NCBI GenBank assembly: GCA_045632125.1
Contig: JAZQWC010000008.1
Coordinates: 20,861 to 84,860 of the forward strand
Length of the DNA stretch: 64,000 bases
Direction of reading: 5' to 3'
Source: Bianqueaceae bacterium
GTDB lineage: Bacteria > Bacillota > Clostridia > Lachnospirales > Bianqueaceae
Position numbers and translations under genes: made by a program. This document shows positions 27,998 through 37,475 of the stretch, piece by piece. The notes under the pieces are model-generated. The model was not told the origin of the DNA, ran no database searches, and saw nothing but the letters and a program-made list of their open reading frames with translations. Every line of letters starts with the position of its first letter. Positions within the stretch are counted from its first letter, which is position 1.

Positions 27998-30364
27998 ATG
28001 CCGAAAGAGGATCGGACCTTTATACAGAAGATGGCGGCGTTTATTGTATATAAACGAAAGACGATTCTATTGATATATATACTCACTTTTGTGTTCTGCA
28101 TTTTTGCCATGGGCTGGGTCCGTGTGGAAAATGATGTAACTAAGTATCTGCCGGAAGATACGGAAACCCGACAGGGCATCGATACGATGAATGAAAACTT
28201 TGCGCCGGCAGCCACGGCCAGAGTCATGGTATCAAACGTGACCTGGGAAACAGCGCAGCAGCTGAATACGGCCATTGGTGAAGTAGAAGGCGTGGAAATG
28301 TCGGAGTTCGATCATACCCCTGAACATTATAAAGAGGCAGCGGCCTTGTTCGATGTGAGCCTAACAGGTGGTAATAACGAGCCGGAAACTATTCAGGCTA
28401 TGGAAGAGATCCGCCATATACTGGAGAAATACGATGCCAGTATCGATACGCTGGTGGGCTACGACGAAAATGCCATGCTGATGGATGAAATGATGGTCAT
28501 CACCATTGTGGCAGTGATCATCGTTCTTGTGGTACTTACCCTAACCTCGCGGGCCTATGCCGAGGTTCCGGTTTTGATTTTGACCTTTGGCGCGGCAGCG
28601 CTTTTAAATATGGGTACCAACTTCATTTTCGGTACCATCAGTTTTATTTCAAACTCCATTGCGGTGGTTCTGCAGCTGGCCTTGGCGGTGGACTATGCGA
28701 TTATTTTGTGTCACCGTTTTTCCGATGAGAATGAAACCAAACCCGCCATCGAAGCGGCTATTACGGCGCTGAGTAAGGCGATTCCTGAAATCGGTGCGTC
28801 TTCGCTGACCACCATTGGCGGTTTGGGTGCGTTAGCCTTTATGAAATTCTCCATCGGTGCGGACATGGCCATGGTGCTGGTAAAATCCATCTTCCTGAGT
28901 TTGCTGTCAGTGTTTACCCTTATGCCGGGTCTGTTGGTATTTTTCAGTCCGCTCATCAATAAAACCAAGCATAAAAAACTTCTGCCCAAGATCACCTTGG
29001 TGGGCAAGTTTGCGGTGAAGGTGCGCTATATTTTGCCGCCTCTGTTTGTGCTACTGCTGGTGGGAGCTTTTTATCTGTCCAGTCGGTGCCCGTACTGCTA
29101 TAGTTATAATGATTTGAAAACAGCCAAGATGGCGGAGCGCCAGCATGCTTATTTTAAAATTAAAGATACCTTCGGCACCAGTAATATGGCGGCCGTCATC
29201 GTGCCTGCCGGCAACTACGAAGCGGAGGGCAAGATCCTAGAGGAACTGAATGCCTGTGAGCAGGTGGAGAGCACCATGGGGCTGGCGGGCATTGAGGCCA
29301 TGGAAGGCTACATGCTCACCGATGCGCTAACGCCTCGTGAGCTGGCAGAGCTGATTGGACTGGACAACGAGGTGACGGAGCTTTTGTACAGCGCTTATGC
29401 GGTACAAGAAAATCAGATGGGCCAGATCATCAGCGGGATCGCCGAATATAGAGTGCCTCTGTTTGACATGTTCCTGTTCTTAAAGGATCAAATGGAAAGT
29501 CAAAACATTCAGCTAGAGGGCATGGAGGACATGACCGATATGCTGGCTCAGCTGGATACGGCCCGGGCGCAAATGCGCAGCGACAATTACAGCCGTATGG
29601 TGGTATATCTGAATGTGCCGGAAGAAGGGCCGGAAACCTATGATTTTCTTCAAAAAATGCGTGGTATCATCGGTCAGTATTACGAAGACGATTATTACAT
29701 CGTAGGTAATTCCACCAGTTCTCGTGACCTGTCGGCCTCCTTTGAAACCGATAATATGATCATTACTGTGCTGTCTATTACCTTTGTGGTCTTGATCCTC
29801 TTGGCTACATTTAAATCGGCGGGTCTGGCAGCGCTGCTGGTGTTGGTGATCCAGGGAAGTATCTGGATCAACTTCTCCTTCCCCACGCTGACCGAAACGC
29901 CCCTGTACTTTTTGGGTTATCTGATCGTGAGTGCGGTGCAGATGGGTGCTAACATCGACTACGCCATTGTAATTTCCAGCCACTATGAAGAACACAAAAA
30001 GACAATGCCCTATAAAGAAGCCATTGTGAAGGCTCTTAATGAAGCCTTTCCTACGATCTTCACCTCCGGCACCATGTTGGCTTCGGCGGGCATGTTGATC
30101 GGTAACATGACGGAGCAGCCGGTGGTATCCATCATGGGCCTCTGCATTGGCCGCGGCACCATTATTTCCATGGTTTTGGTCATTCTGGTACTGCCCTCGG
30201 TGCTGGTATTTGGTAATAAATTGATTGAAAAAACTCGTTTTAAATTGAACCTGCTCAGCGGCGGCGAACATGAAGTAATGAAAATCGGCGAAGCCGAAAC
30301 GGCTGAGGCGGCTGCGCAGGACGCAGCAACGGGCGAGACCGAAGGAGGCTGTGAACATGCGTAA
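27998..30364 (+). CDS. MMPL/RND-superfamily membrane transporter
   Basis: About 788 aa with a duplicated 1+5 TM architecture and two large extracytoplasmic loops. GGAGG SD before ATG 27998. Confidence 0.8.
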   Translation: MPKEDRTFIQKMAAFIVYKRKTILLIYILTFVFCIFAMGWVRVENDVTKYLPEDTETRQGIDTMNENFAPAATARVMVSNVTWETAQQLNTAIGEVEGVEMSEFDHTPEHYKEAAALFDVSLTGGNNEPETIQAMEEIRHILEKYDASIDTLVGYDENAMLMDEMMVITIVAVIIVLVVLTLTSRAYAEVPVLILTFGAAALLNMGTNFIFGTISFISNSIAVVLQLALAVDYAIILCHRFSDENETKPAIEAAITALSKAIPEIGASSLTTIGGLGALAFMKFSIGADMAMVLVKSIFLSLLSVFTLMPGLLVFFSPLINKTKHKKLLPKITLVGKFAVKVRYILPPLFVLLLVGAFYLSSRCPYCYSYNDLKTAKMAERQHAYFKIKDTFGTSNMAAVIVPAGNYEAEGKILEELNACEQVESTMGLAGIEAMEGYMLTDALTPRELAELIGLDNEVTELLYSAYAVQENQMGQIISGIAEYRVPLFDMFLFLKDQMESQNIQLEGMEDMTDMLAQLDTARAQMRSDNYSRMVVYLNVPEEGPETYDFLQKMRGIIGQYYEDDYYIVGNSTSSRDLSASFETDNMIITVLSITFVVLILLATFKSAGLAALLVLVIQGSIWINFSFPTLTETPLYFLGYLIVSAVQMGANIDYAIVISSHYEEHKKTMPYKEAIVKALNEAFPTIFTSGTMLASAGMLIGNMTEQPVVSIMGLCIGRGTIISMVLVILVLPSVLVFGNKLIEKTRFKLNLLSGGEHEVMKIGEAETAEAAAQDAATGETEGGCEHA

Positions 30365-33143
30365 GACTCTGACAAGAAAAATACAGTTGTGGTTCAGCTT
30401 TCTGTTGTGCAGTGCCATGCTGATTACCATGATGGGTACGGTTCATGCCGAAGAAACGAAAACCATACATATTGAAACTGCGGAAGATTTTTTGACATTT
30501 GCAAAGGAATGCCGCATGGATACCTACAGTTTCAATCTGGTGGTGGAGTTGGAAGATGATATCGACCTGACCGATCAGGATTTCGAAGCGATCCCTAGTT
30601 TTGCCGGCGAATTTCGCGGCAATGGACATACGATCCGCGGTCTTAATATTGAGACAGAGGGTTCTATACAGGGACTGTTCCGCTATGTACGCCTGGGAGC
30701 TACTATTCAGGATCTAAATTTGGAAGGAAACATTGCTCCGAAGGGCAGCCGCAGCTATGTGGGCAGTTTGGCAGGACAAAATGCCGGTACCATTGTCAAC
30801 TGCAGCTTTAGCGGCAGTGTTTCAGGCAGCACTCATGTGGGCGGCCTTGTGGGACACAACCAGCTGACTGGCCTGATGGAAACTTGCACGGTGAGCGGTC
30901 AGATCAACGGCCAGCATTTTGTTGGCGGCTTGGCCGGCGATAATAATGGTGTAATTCGTGAATGCTTGAATGAAGCATCGATCAATATCACGGTGCAGGA
31001 AAATGCTGTGGAGCTGAGGGATGTTTCTTTGGATTCGGTGTTGGAGTCCGAATCGGCCGTAACCGTGACGGATGTAGGTGGTATTACCGGTACGAATATT
31101 GGGGTAATCCGCGAGTGCGAGAACACGGGCAATGTTGGATATTCCAAAATCGGCTATAATATGGGCGGTATCGCGGGCTCACAGTCGGGCTATATCGTGG
31201 ACTGTGTGAACCACGGTGAAATTATGGGCCGCAAAGAAGTGGGCGGTATTGTGGGCCAAATGGAGCCCACGATGCAGATGAAGTTTGATGAAGATACGCT
31301 TCAAAAGCTGGAAAAAGAGATGGATACCATGATGGGAATGGCCGGGCAGACCATGTCTTTTGGCGGTGTAGGCTTGGATGTTCAAATTGAGGATCTGGAA
31401 CAGCAGGTGAAGGATGCGGAAAAGGCGTTGACGCAGATGATCGAAGAGGCGGAACTGCCGGAAAATTTGGAAAATATTGAACTGCCGGAGCTGGGTGATT
31501 TGGAACTGCCGGATAACCTGGGAGATTTAAAATTGCCTGAAATAGGAGATTTGGAGCTGCCTGAAATAGGGGATTTGGAGCTGCCGGAAGCGGGAGAGCT
31601 GCCGCTACCCGATGAAGATAGCCTGGATGCGGCAAAAAATAATCTAAGCAGCAGCATTGGTATGATTTCAGGCACGATGAGTGATATGCTGTCGTCGGCT
31701 CAGGGGACTTTAGGTTCGATCAATTCCAGCATGCAGGCCATGTCAAATCAGATGAGTGTGATTGGCAATATTATAAAAAATGCCGATGAAGATCTTGGAG
31801 GCAATATTTCTGATGTGTCCGATGTGGATACAGAGGAGGAAACCGGCAGTAAGGTGGATAAATGCGAAAACTATGGAGCGGTGACCGGCGATGCCAATGT
31901 AGGCGGCATTGTGGGTGCCATATCCTTTGAAAGCAGCCTGGATCCGGAACTGGATGTCACGATTTTGGGTAATTTCTCTTTGAATTTCGAAGGTGAAGTG
32001 CGTTCGGTGGTTCGGGGGAGCCAAAACTACGCGCCGGTTACAGTATATAAGCAAAATGGCGGCGGCATTGCCGGACGGATGAACATGGGTCTGGTACGAG
32101 AGTGCGAAAACCGCGGAGCTTTGGAAGGTGAAACTGCCACTTATGTGGGCGGCATTACCGGCCGAGCCGATGGAGGCTTTATTCGCAATAACATAACAAG
32201 GTGCACGCTTTCCGGTGCTGACTATGTGGGCGGTGTTGCCGGCACAGCGGTGGTGGTATCAGGCTGCAGCAGTATGACGTTGTTTGGCGGCAGTGCCGAA
32301 AAGATCGGCGGCGTGCTGGGAAGCATCGATGAAGTTACAGAGGATATTGCGGATAATTATTATTTACCTGTGGAATTGGATATGGGCGGCATCGACGGCA
32401 TCAGTTACGAGGGCAGTGCCCAGCCTTTGAGTGCAGCAGAGTTTTTCGGGCAAGAGCAATTGCCGAAGGATTTTGGTCAGATCACAGTTCGATTCATCTT
32501 CGAGGATGACAGTGAAGAAATCGTGAAGGTGGATTATGGTAAGGAACTGCGAAGCGATAAGATCCCGGCTGTGCCGGAAAAGGATGGAGCGTCCGGCCGA
32601 TGGGATGGCATTGAGGAAATGGATCTATCGGCTCTGTATTTTGACGTGACATTGAAGGCGACCTATGATGCATATGAGAAGGTAATTGCGGCCGCGGCGC
32701 TGCGCGCCGATGGCAGAGCAATTCTGCTGGCGGGCAGTGAATTTGGCAAGGATGCGCTGCTGGAAATAGAGGAACTGACAGCCGGACCGGTATCGGTGGA
32801 TGAACAGGAAACTACTTTGGAAGCCTGGCGTTTTGTCATGACCTCTATGGGCGAAACGGCGAAGCTACGGTATCTTCCTCCAGATGAGTATGAAGCAGAG
32901 CAGCTGGCCGACGATGAGGCAAGGATCATGGTACGGGATACTGCCGGTTCCTGGCGAGATGTTTCCTACACCGTGGAAGGCAGCTATCTGATTTTTGAAG
33001 TGGACCAGCAGGATGAGGGCTTTTGCTTAGTTGTACAGGAAGGAAATACCTGGCTGATGTACGTGCTGGTGAGCATCGGAGCCTTGGTGGTAGTGGAAAC
33101 GGCCATCTTTGGCGCGATTTGGCTGCGACGTCGAAAAAGATGA
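30357..33143 (+). CDS. GLUG-motif repeat surface protein with signal peptide, acidic LELPExGD repeats and a C-terminal TM anchor
   Basis: Many GLUG-type repeats (VGGLVG, VGGLAG, VGGITG, MGGIAG, VGGIVG, VGGVAG). Signal peptide ends ...GTVHAEE. C-terminal WLMYVLVSIGALVVVETAIFGAIWLRRRKR. GAAGGAGG SD lies inside the end of the MMPL gene, with an 8-nt overlap. Confidence 0.75.
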   Translation: MRKTLTRKIQLWFSFLLCSAMLITMMGTVHAEETKTIHIETAEDFLTFAKECRMDTYSFNLVVELEDDIDLTDQDFEAIPSFAGEFRGNGHTIRGLNIETEGSIQGLFRYVRLGATIQDLNLEGNIAPKGSRSYVGSLAGQNAGTIVNCSFSGSVSGSTHVGGLVGHNQLTGLMETCTVSGQINGQHFVGGLAGDNNGVIRECLNEASINITVQENAVELRDVSLDSVLESESAVTVTDVGGITGTNIGVIRECENTGNVGYSKIGYNMGGIAGSQSGYIVDCVNHGEIMGRKEVGGIVGQMEPTMQMKFDEDTLQKLEKEMDTMMGMAGQTMSFGGVGLDVQIEDLEQQVKDAEKALTQMIEEAELPENLENIELPELGDLELPDNLGDLKLPEIGDLELPEIGDLELPEAGELPLPDEDSLDAAKNNLSSSIGMISGTMSDMLSSAQGTLGSINSSMQAMSNQMSVIGNIIKNADEDLGGNISDVSDVDTEEETGSKVDKCENYGAVTGDANVGGIVGAISFESSLDPELDVTILGNFSLNFEGEVRSVVRGSQNYAPVTVYKQNGGGIAGRMNMGLVRECENRGALEGETATYVGGITGRADGGFIRNNITRCTLSGADYVGGVAGTAVVVSGCSSMTLFGGSAEKIGGVLGSIDEVTEDIADNYYLPVELDMGGIDGISYEGSAQPLSAAEFFGQEQLPKDFGQITVRFIFEDDSEEIVKVDYGKELRSDKIPAVPEKDGASGRWDGIEEMDLSALYFDVTLKATYDAYEKVIAAAALRADGRAILLAGSEFGKDALLEIEELTAGPVSVDEQETTLEAWRFVMTSMGETAKLRYLPPDEYEAEQLADDEARIMVRDTAGSWRDVSYTVEGSYLIFEVDQQDEGFCLVVQEGNTWLMYVLVSIGALVVVETAIFGAIWLRRRKR
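31495..31616 (+). repeat. In-frame 24-nt tandem repeat encoding (L/I)ELPExGD units
   Basis: Units at 31521-31544, 31545-31568 and 31569-31592 are near-identical (GGAGATTTGGAGCTGCCTGAAATA). The flanking units are degenerate. Confidence 0.85.
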
Positions 33144-33169
33144 TTTTATATTACAATATGAAACAAACA

Positions 33170-33206
33170 AAAAAGGAGCTCAGGCACAGGCCTGAGCTCC
33201 TTTTTG
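33170..33206 (+). terminator. Rho-independent terminator
   Basis: AAAAAGGAGCTCAGG (33170-33184) pairs with CCTGAGCTCCTTTTT (33191-33205). Confidence 0.9.
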
Positions 33207-33331
33207 GAAAAAATACACTAACTACATCCACTATCTTATCAAAAACTAAAATAAAAGTCTAGTCTTTTTTTATTTTTCTGTTACAATGTATTCATGGTTG
33301 CTTTTTGCGTTGCAAGCTAAGGAGATTTACC

Positions 33332-35500
33332 ATGAAACCAATCGAAAGAGATGAGAATCAGTACCTGCAGAAAACCATGGACATTATCCATGGTAACATT
33401 GCACACTATGAACAGCGTGTAGTGGAAGTCAAGCAGGAAACCGACGAGCTCAACGATAAGATCACGCCCCGTGATCGTGAGCTCAACAGCCAGATGTTCA
33501 TTCAGCTGTCCATTAGTACGGCGATGCTGGAACATGTGAGCAACGAGCTGCGTAAGAACAAGGCCGCAGCGGATAAGGCCTACTTTGGTCGTATCGACTA
33601 TCAGGAAACCAAGAGCAAACTGGAAGAGAGTTTGTACATCGGTAAGAACGGCGTGCAGACACTAAGCGGTGACATTGTGATCGTGGATTGGCGTGCACCG
33701 GTGTCTGCCGTATACTATGAAAATGAGAACGGTCCCGGGTCTTATGCGGTGCCCGAGAGCGATCCCATGGAGATCGAGCTGTTTTTGAAGCGTACCTTCG
33801 ATATCGAAAACGGCGTGATGAACGGCTACTATGACAGTGATGTGGCTTCCAACGACCAGCTGCTGGTCAAGTATCTGGCTAAAAACAAAGATGTGGTACT
33901 GGGCGATATCATTGCTACCATCCAAAAGGAACAGAACCAGATCATCCGCGACATTCCCTTTAAGAGCATGATCGTACAGGGAGTGGCGGGCAGCGGCAAG
34001 ACCACCGTGGCCATGCACCGTATTTCTCATATTTTGTATAACTATGAAAAACGGTACGCTCCGGAGGATTTCTGCATCATCGGTAGTAACGATATGTTGT
34101 TGAACTACATCACCAGCGGTCTGCCGGAACTGGACGTCAAAGGCATTAAGCAGCGTCGTATGGATGAATTCCTAAAGGAACAGTTATACGAGGATTGGAA
34201 GAAAAAATACAAGTTAATTCCGGCGAAAGCTGAGCATTCCTGGAAGTGCCGCATGGATTATGTGCGGGTGCTGGACAGTTACCTGCAAAATGTGTGGCTC
34301 AAGCTGTTGAAGCCGCGTACCATTAAGGATAGCGAGATCGGCGTGATTTTGAGCCGTGACCAGATGTACGATATTCTGCGGTTCCGCCGCGATTGGTCGC
34401 TGAAGCGCATCGAGGTGATGCTGAATGAAACGATTCAGCGACGCATTAAGCTGCTCACCGACTACACTGTGGATGACGATGAATATCAGTTTTATCGGGC
34501 GCTGAAAAAGCGTAAATTGAAGGAATATAAGAATTATTTTAAGGTTACGAAAGAATGGTTCGGCTGTTTGGAGACCTACCAACGCTTCGTGAAGCTTTAT
34601 GCCGACAAGTATGGCATTGATGCGGCGGAAACTCTGGATAACATCGAGCGGGGGCGTCTGGATGTGTATGATCTGGCTGCCATGGCAGTGGTACGCCGCT
34701 GGATCAGCGAAGATATGCTGCCCAACACCTTCGGGCAGATCATCATTGACGAGGCCCAGGACTTCGGTGAAATGATCTACTACGTGCTCAAGCGCCTGCA
34801 GCCCGGCTGCTACTTCACCATCATGGGCGATGTATCTCAGAACATTCATTATGAAATGGGCATGAATGACTGGGAGCCCCTGCGGGAGTTCGTGTTTAAC
34901 GAAAAGAACGACAGCTTCCAGATCCTGGCCAAGAGCTATCGAAATACCATCGAGATCTCCGAATATGCCGGTCGTGTGCTGGAAAAGGCTTCGGCCGGTG
35001 CTTATAAGATCCAGCCGGTAATCCGCCACGGTACGCCGGTTTCGGAATATCAGTTGGCCGAAGAGGAGCTGCTGCCGCAGGCAGCAAAACTTTCGACAGA
35101 CCTGCAGGAAAGGGGTTTTCATACGGTGGCGGTGATCTGCCGCACACAGGAGGAAGCCGACAAGGTTCAAAAAGGCCTCGAGAAGTTAGGCGTTACCACC
35201 ACCGGCAGCAAAGCTGCGAAAGAGAAAGTGGTGGATAATAAAGAAGCCATTGCCGAAGGAAAGGCGACGGCAGAGTCGCTGGCGGAAAACACCGATGCGG
35301 AGTTTCAGCAGGGCGTTATGGTGCTGCCCATCGAGCTCACTAAAGGTTTGGAATTTGATGCGGTGCTGCTGTGGAAGCCGGATGAAGCTCACTACGGCGA
35401 TAATCCTAAGGAAGCCAAGCTTTTATATGTAGCCATTACCCGTGCATTGCATGAACTGCATATGCTGACGAGCGAAGGACTGACAAGCCTGTTGGACTGA
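33332..35500 (+). CDS. helD: HelD (helicase IV-like) RNA polymerase recycling ATPase, UvrD superfamily
   Basis: HelD N-terminal signature AYFGRIDY...LYIGK...VDWRAPVSAVYY. Walker A GVAGSGKTTVAMHR, Walker B IIIDEAQDF, C-terminal LYVAITRALHEL. AAGGAG SD before ATG 33332. Confidence 0.85.
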   Translation: MKPIERDENQYLQKTMDIIHGNIAHYEQRVVEVKQETDELNDKITPRDRELNSQMFIQLSISTAMLEHVSNELRKNKAAADKAYFGRIDYQETKSKLEESLYIGKNGVQTLSGDIVIVDWRAPVSAVYYENENGPGSYAVPESDPMEIELFLKRTFDIENGVMNGYYDSDVASNDQLLVKYLAKNKDVVLGDIIATIQKEQNQIIRDIPFKSMIVQGVAGSGKTTVAMHRISHILYNYEKRYAPEDFCIIGSNDMLLNYITSGLPELDVKGIKQRRMDEFLKEQLYEDWKKKYKLIPAKAEHSWKCRMDYVRVLDSYLQNVWLKLLKPRTIKDSEIGVILSRDQMYDILRFRRDWSLKRIEVMLNETIQRRIKLLTDYTVDDDEYQFYRALKKRKLKEYKNYFKVTKEWFGCLETYQRFVKLYADKYGIDAAETLDNIERGRLDVYDLAAMAVVRRWISEDMLPNTFGQIIIDEAQDFGEMIYYVLKRLQPGCYFTIMGDVSQNIHYEMGMNDWEPLREFVFNEKNDSFQILAKSYRNTIEISEYAGRVLEKASAGAYKIQPVIRHGTPVSEYQLAEEELLPQAAKLSTDLQERGFHTVAVICRTQEEADKVQKGLEKLGVTTTGSKAAKEKVVDNKEAIAEGKATAESLAENTDAEFQQGVMVLPIELTKGLEFDAVLLWKPDEAHYGDNPKEAKLLYVAITRALHELHMLTSEGLTSLLD

Positions 35501-35551
35501 GTGGGATTTGAACTCTATTTGGGGCTTGCTATGTAAGCAGATTTATAATGT

Positions 35552-35794
35552 TCAGTTACAAAATCCAAAAATAGAAAAATAACTGAAAATGGTCAGTTAC
35601 ACTTTGAAAAACTACAGAGTGTAACTGATTTTTTTCAGTTATAGAGCATAAACTAAGGAATTGTAACTGAAAAAATCAGTTATCCACAGTAAAAAAAGCA
35701 TATCTAACTGAACAAAATCAGTTAAATATGCTTTTTTGTACTTGTTTGACTGAACAAAATCAGTTATTTTTTGAAAAATGAAAAATGTAACTGA
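35552..35794. repeat. Phased array (~42-bp period) of TAACTGA-N5-6-TCAGTTA palindromes
   Basis: Full units at 35580-35599, 35622-35641, 35664-35682, 35705-35724 and 35747-35766. In-phase half-sites at 35552-35558 and 35788-35794. Unit 4 is nested in AAAAAAGCATAT...ATATGCTTTTTT. Confidence 0.9.
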
Positions 35795-35815
35795 ATGAAC
35801 CTATAGGGAGATCAA

Positions 35816-36595
35816 TTAAAATTCAATCGTTGCAGTATGCGGTCTGTGATCGCTGGCGACGATGGCGGGTACATCGGCCTTTACGAATTTCACGGGACCG
35901 GCGCACATAATGTAATCGATCTTGATATTGGGAGCTTCGGAGGGGAAGGATTTGATCTCAGGATCCATCAGAGCAGCGGCATCCTGATAATGATCAAACA
36001 AGGGAGCGATGGTCTCGCTGTCGGGAGTCAGGTTAAAGTCACCCATCAAAATGGTGGCCTGACCGGGAGCCAGCTGGTCGATGGCAGTCTGTACGGCGTT
36101 GGTAGCCTCGCTGCGATTCAGACCCATATGAGTTACCAGAACGGTAAGAGGCTTCACTTCTCCGGTGGTCTCATCCGGAACTTCAATAACGGCTTTGATC
36201 ATGCAGCGGGTCTCAAACCATTTGCCATCGGGCTCTTTTTCCACCGGATCGGGAACCATGATGGTTTCGATGCTGCGGAAAGGATATTTAGAGATCAGTC
36301 CATTGCCGTAACGACCCTGACCTTTAATGTCAATGGCATGACCAAAATGATAATATTCAAAACCAACAGCTTCAGCCAGAGCCTTAGCTTGAGGAATAAA
36401 ACAAGGATCCTCAATGCCGGGAATTACATCACGAACTTCATTCAAACCAACGATCACAGCACCTTGATCGCGGATCACCTGAGCCATCAAAGGCAGATTG
36501 ATGAGTTCAAAATCAGAATATTTGCCGGGCTCAGCCATGCGTTTTTTGTAATCAACGCCATGCTGGATATTAAATGTCATAATTGGAAGCTGCAT
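35816..36595 (-). CDS. Endonuclease/exonuclease/phosphatase (EEP) family protein
   Basis: 259 aa. N-terminal MTFNIQHG, LNEV, GDFN and C-terminal SDHRP motifs are characteristic of EEP enzymes. Confidence 0.85.
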   Translation of the reverse strand: MQLPIMTFNIQHGVDYKKRMAEPGKYSDFELINLPLMAQVIRDQGAVIVGLNEVRDVIPGIEDPCFIPQAKALAEAVGFEYYHFGHAIDIKGQGRYGNGLISKYPFRSIETIMVPDPVEKEPDGKWFETRCMIKAVIEVPDETTGEVKPLTVLVTHMGLNRSEATNAVQTAIDQLAPGQATILMGDFNLTPDSETIAPLFDHYQDAAALMDPEIKSFPSEAPNIKIDYIMCAGPVKFVKADVPAIVASDHRPHTATIEF

Positions 36596-36714
36596 AAGTA
36601 TATCTCCTTAATCAAAATAATATGTCGGCACTCAGGCTGTGCCGCAAAAGTTAACTCTATTATGCACTATTTTTTAGCAAAAAGGAAGATTTTTCTTAAA
36701 AAAATTAATGCTGA

Positions 36715-36743
36715 TTGACAAGAAGAGTAAATAAGAGTATAGT
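36715..36743 (+). promoter_or_regulatory. Candidate sigma-A promoter of the CDP-alcohol phosphatidyltransferase gene
   Basis: TTGACA (36715-36720), 17-nt spacer, TATAGT (36738-36743). Confidence 0.6.
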
Positions 36744-36860
36744 TTAACGTGGAGTTATTTTCGGTGTTTGTGAGAGTGAAAGCGGGTGCAGGGCATAGTA
36801 TATTTGCTGGGTACTTGCGTGAAGGCCGAAATAAAATGTTCGATCAAGGAGTATTCCAAA

Positions 36861-37472
36861 ATGAGATTCACTAAAAAAGAAATCTTTAACATTCCCAATA
36901 TCATGGGGTATGTGCGGATTCTTTTGATTCCGGTTTTTGTTACGCTGTTTGTAAAAGGCTTTTATACCTGGGCCTTGATTGCCCTGGCAGCCAATATTAT
37001 GACTGACTTTTTCGATGGCATCGTAGCCCGTAAGTTTAACCAAATCACCGAACTGGGAAAGTTTATCGATCCATTGGCCGATAAGCTGAGTCAGGCCGCA
37101 GTCGTGGTTTTGCTGGCATTCACCTATCCTTTGTTATGGCCTGTATTCATTATTGAGTTCATCAAAGAAAACACCATGCTCTTCGGCGGCGGTTATATTT
37201 TCAAAAAGAAGGGCCGCAAACTGAATGGTGCAAAATGGTACGGGAAGGTTGGTACGGCCATCACCGATTTTGGCCTGTTCTTCCTGCTGGCCTGTCCGCA
37301 GATTTCAAAAGCTTGGGCCAATGGACTCATCATCTTTATTGGCGCTTGCATGATCTTGACTCTGGCCCTTTATTTGGGTGAGTTCCGCCGCATGTGGAAA
37401 ATGCCTGCGCTGAATACAGAAACAAACTCTGAAACGATACATAGCAAAGCCGCGGTAAAAACGGCGCGCTGA
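36861..37472 (+). CDS. CDP-alcohol phosphatidyltransferase family protein (PgsA-like)
   Basis: Signature DFFDGIVARKFNQITELGKFIDPLADK (DGx2ARx8Gx3Dx3D). Multi-TM. AAGGAG SD before ATG 36861. Confidence 0.85.
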   Translation: MRFTKKEIFNIPNIMGYVRILLIPVFVTLFVKGFYTWALIALAANIMTDFFDGIVARKFNQITELGKFIDPLADKLSQAAVVVLLAFTYPLLWPVFIIEFIKENTMLFGGGYIFKKKGRKLNGAKWYGKVGTAITDFGLFFLLACPQISKAWANGLIIFIGACMILTLALYLGEFRRMWKMPALNTETNSETIHSKAAVKTAR

Positions 37473-37475
37473 TCC

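Noticed and set aside
35552-35794. Possibility that the regularly spaced palindromes are a CRISPR array
   Set aside because: The repeats are only 19-20 nt with variable centres, and the spacers are 21-23 nt of low-complexity A/T. No leader or cas genes are nearby. This does not fit known CRISPR repeat/spacer dimensions.
35837-36718. 293-aa plus-strand ORF overlapping the EEP gene
   Set aside because: The minus-strand frame carries the EEP catalytic motifs (NEV, GDFN, SDHRP). The plus-strand product has no motifs and starts inside the repeat-array flank.
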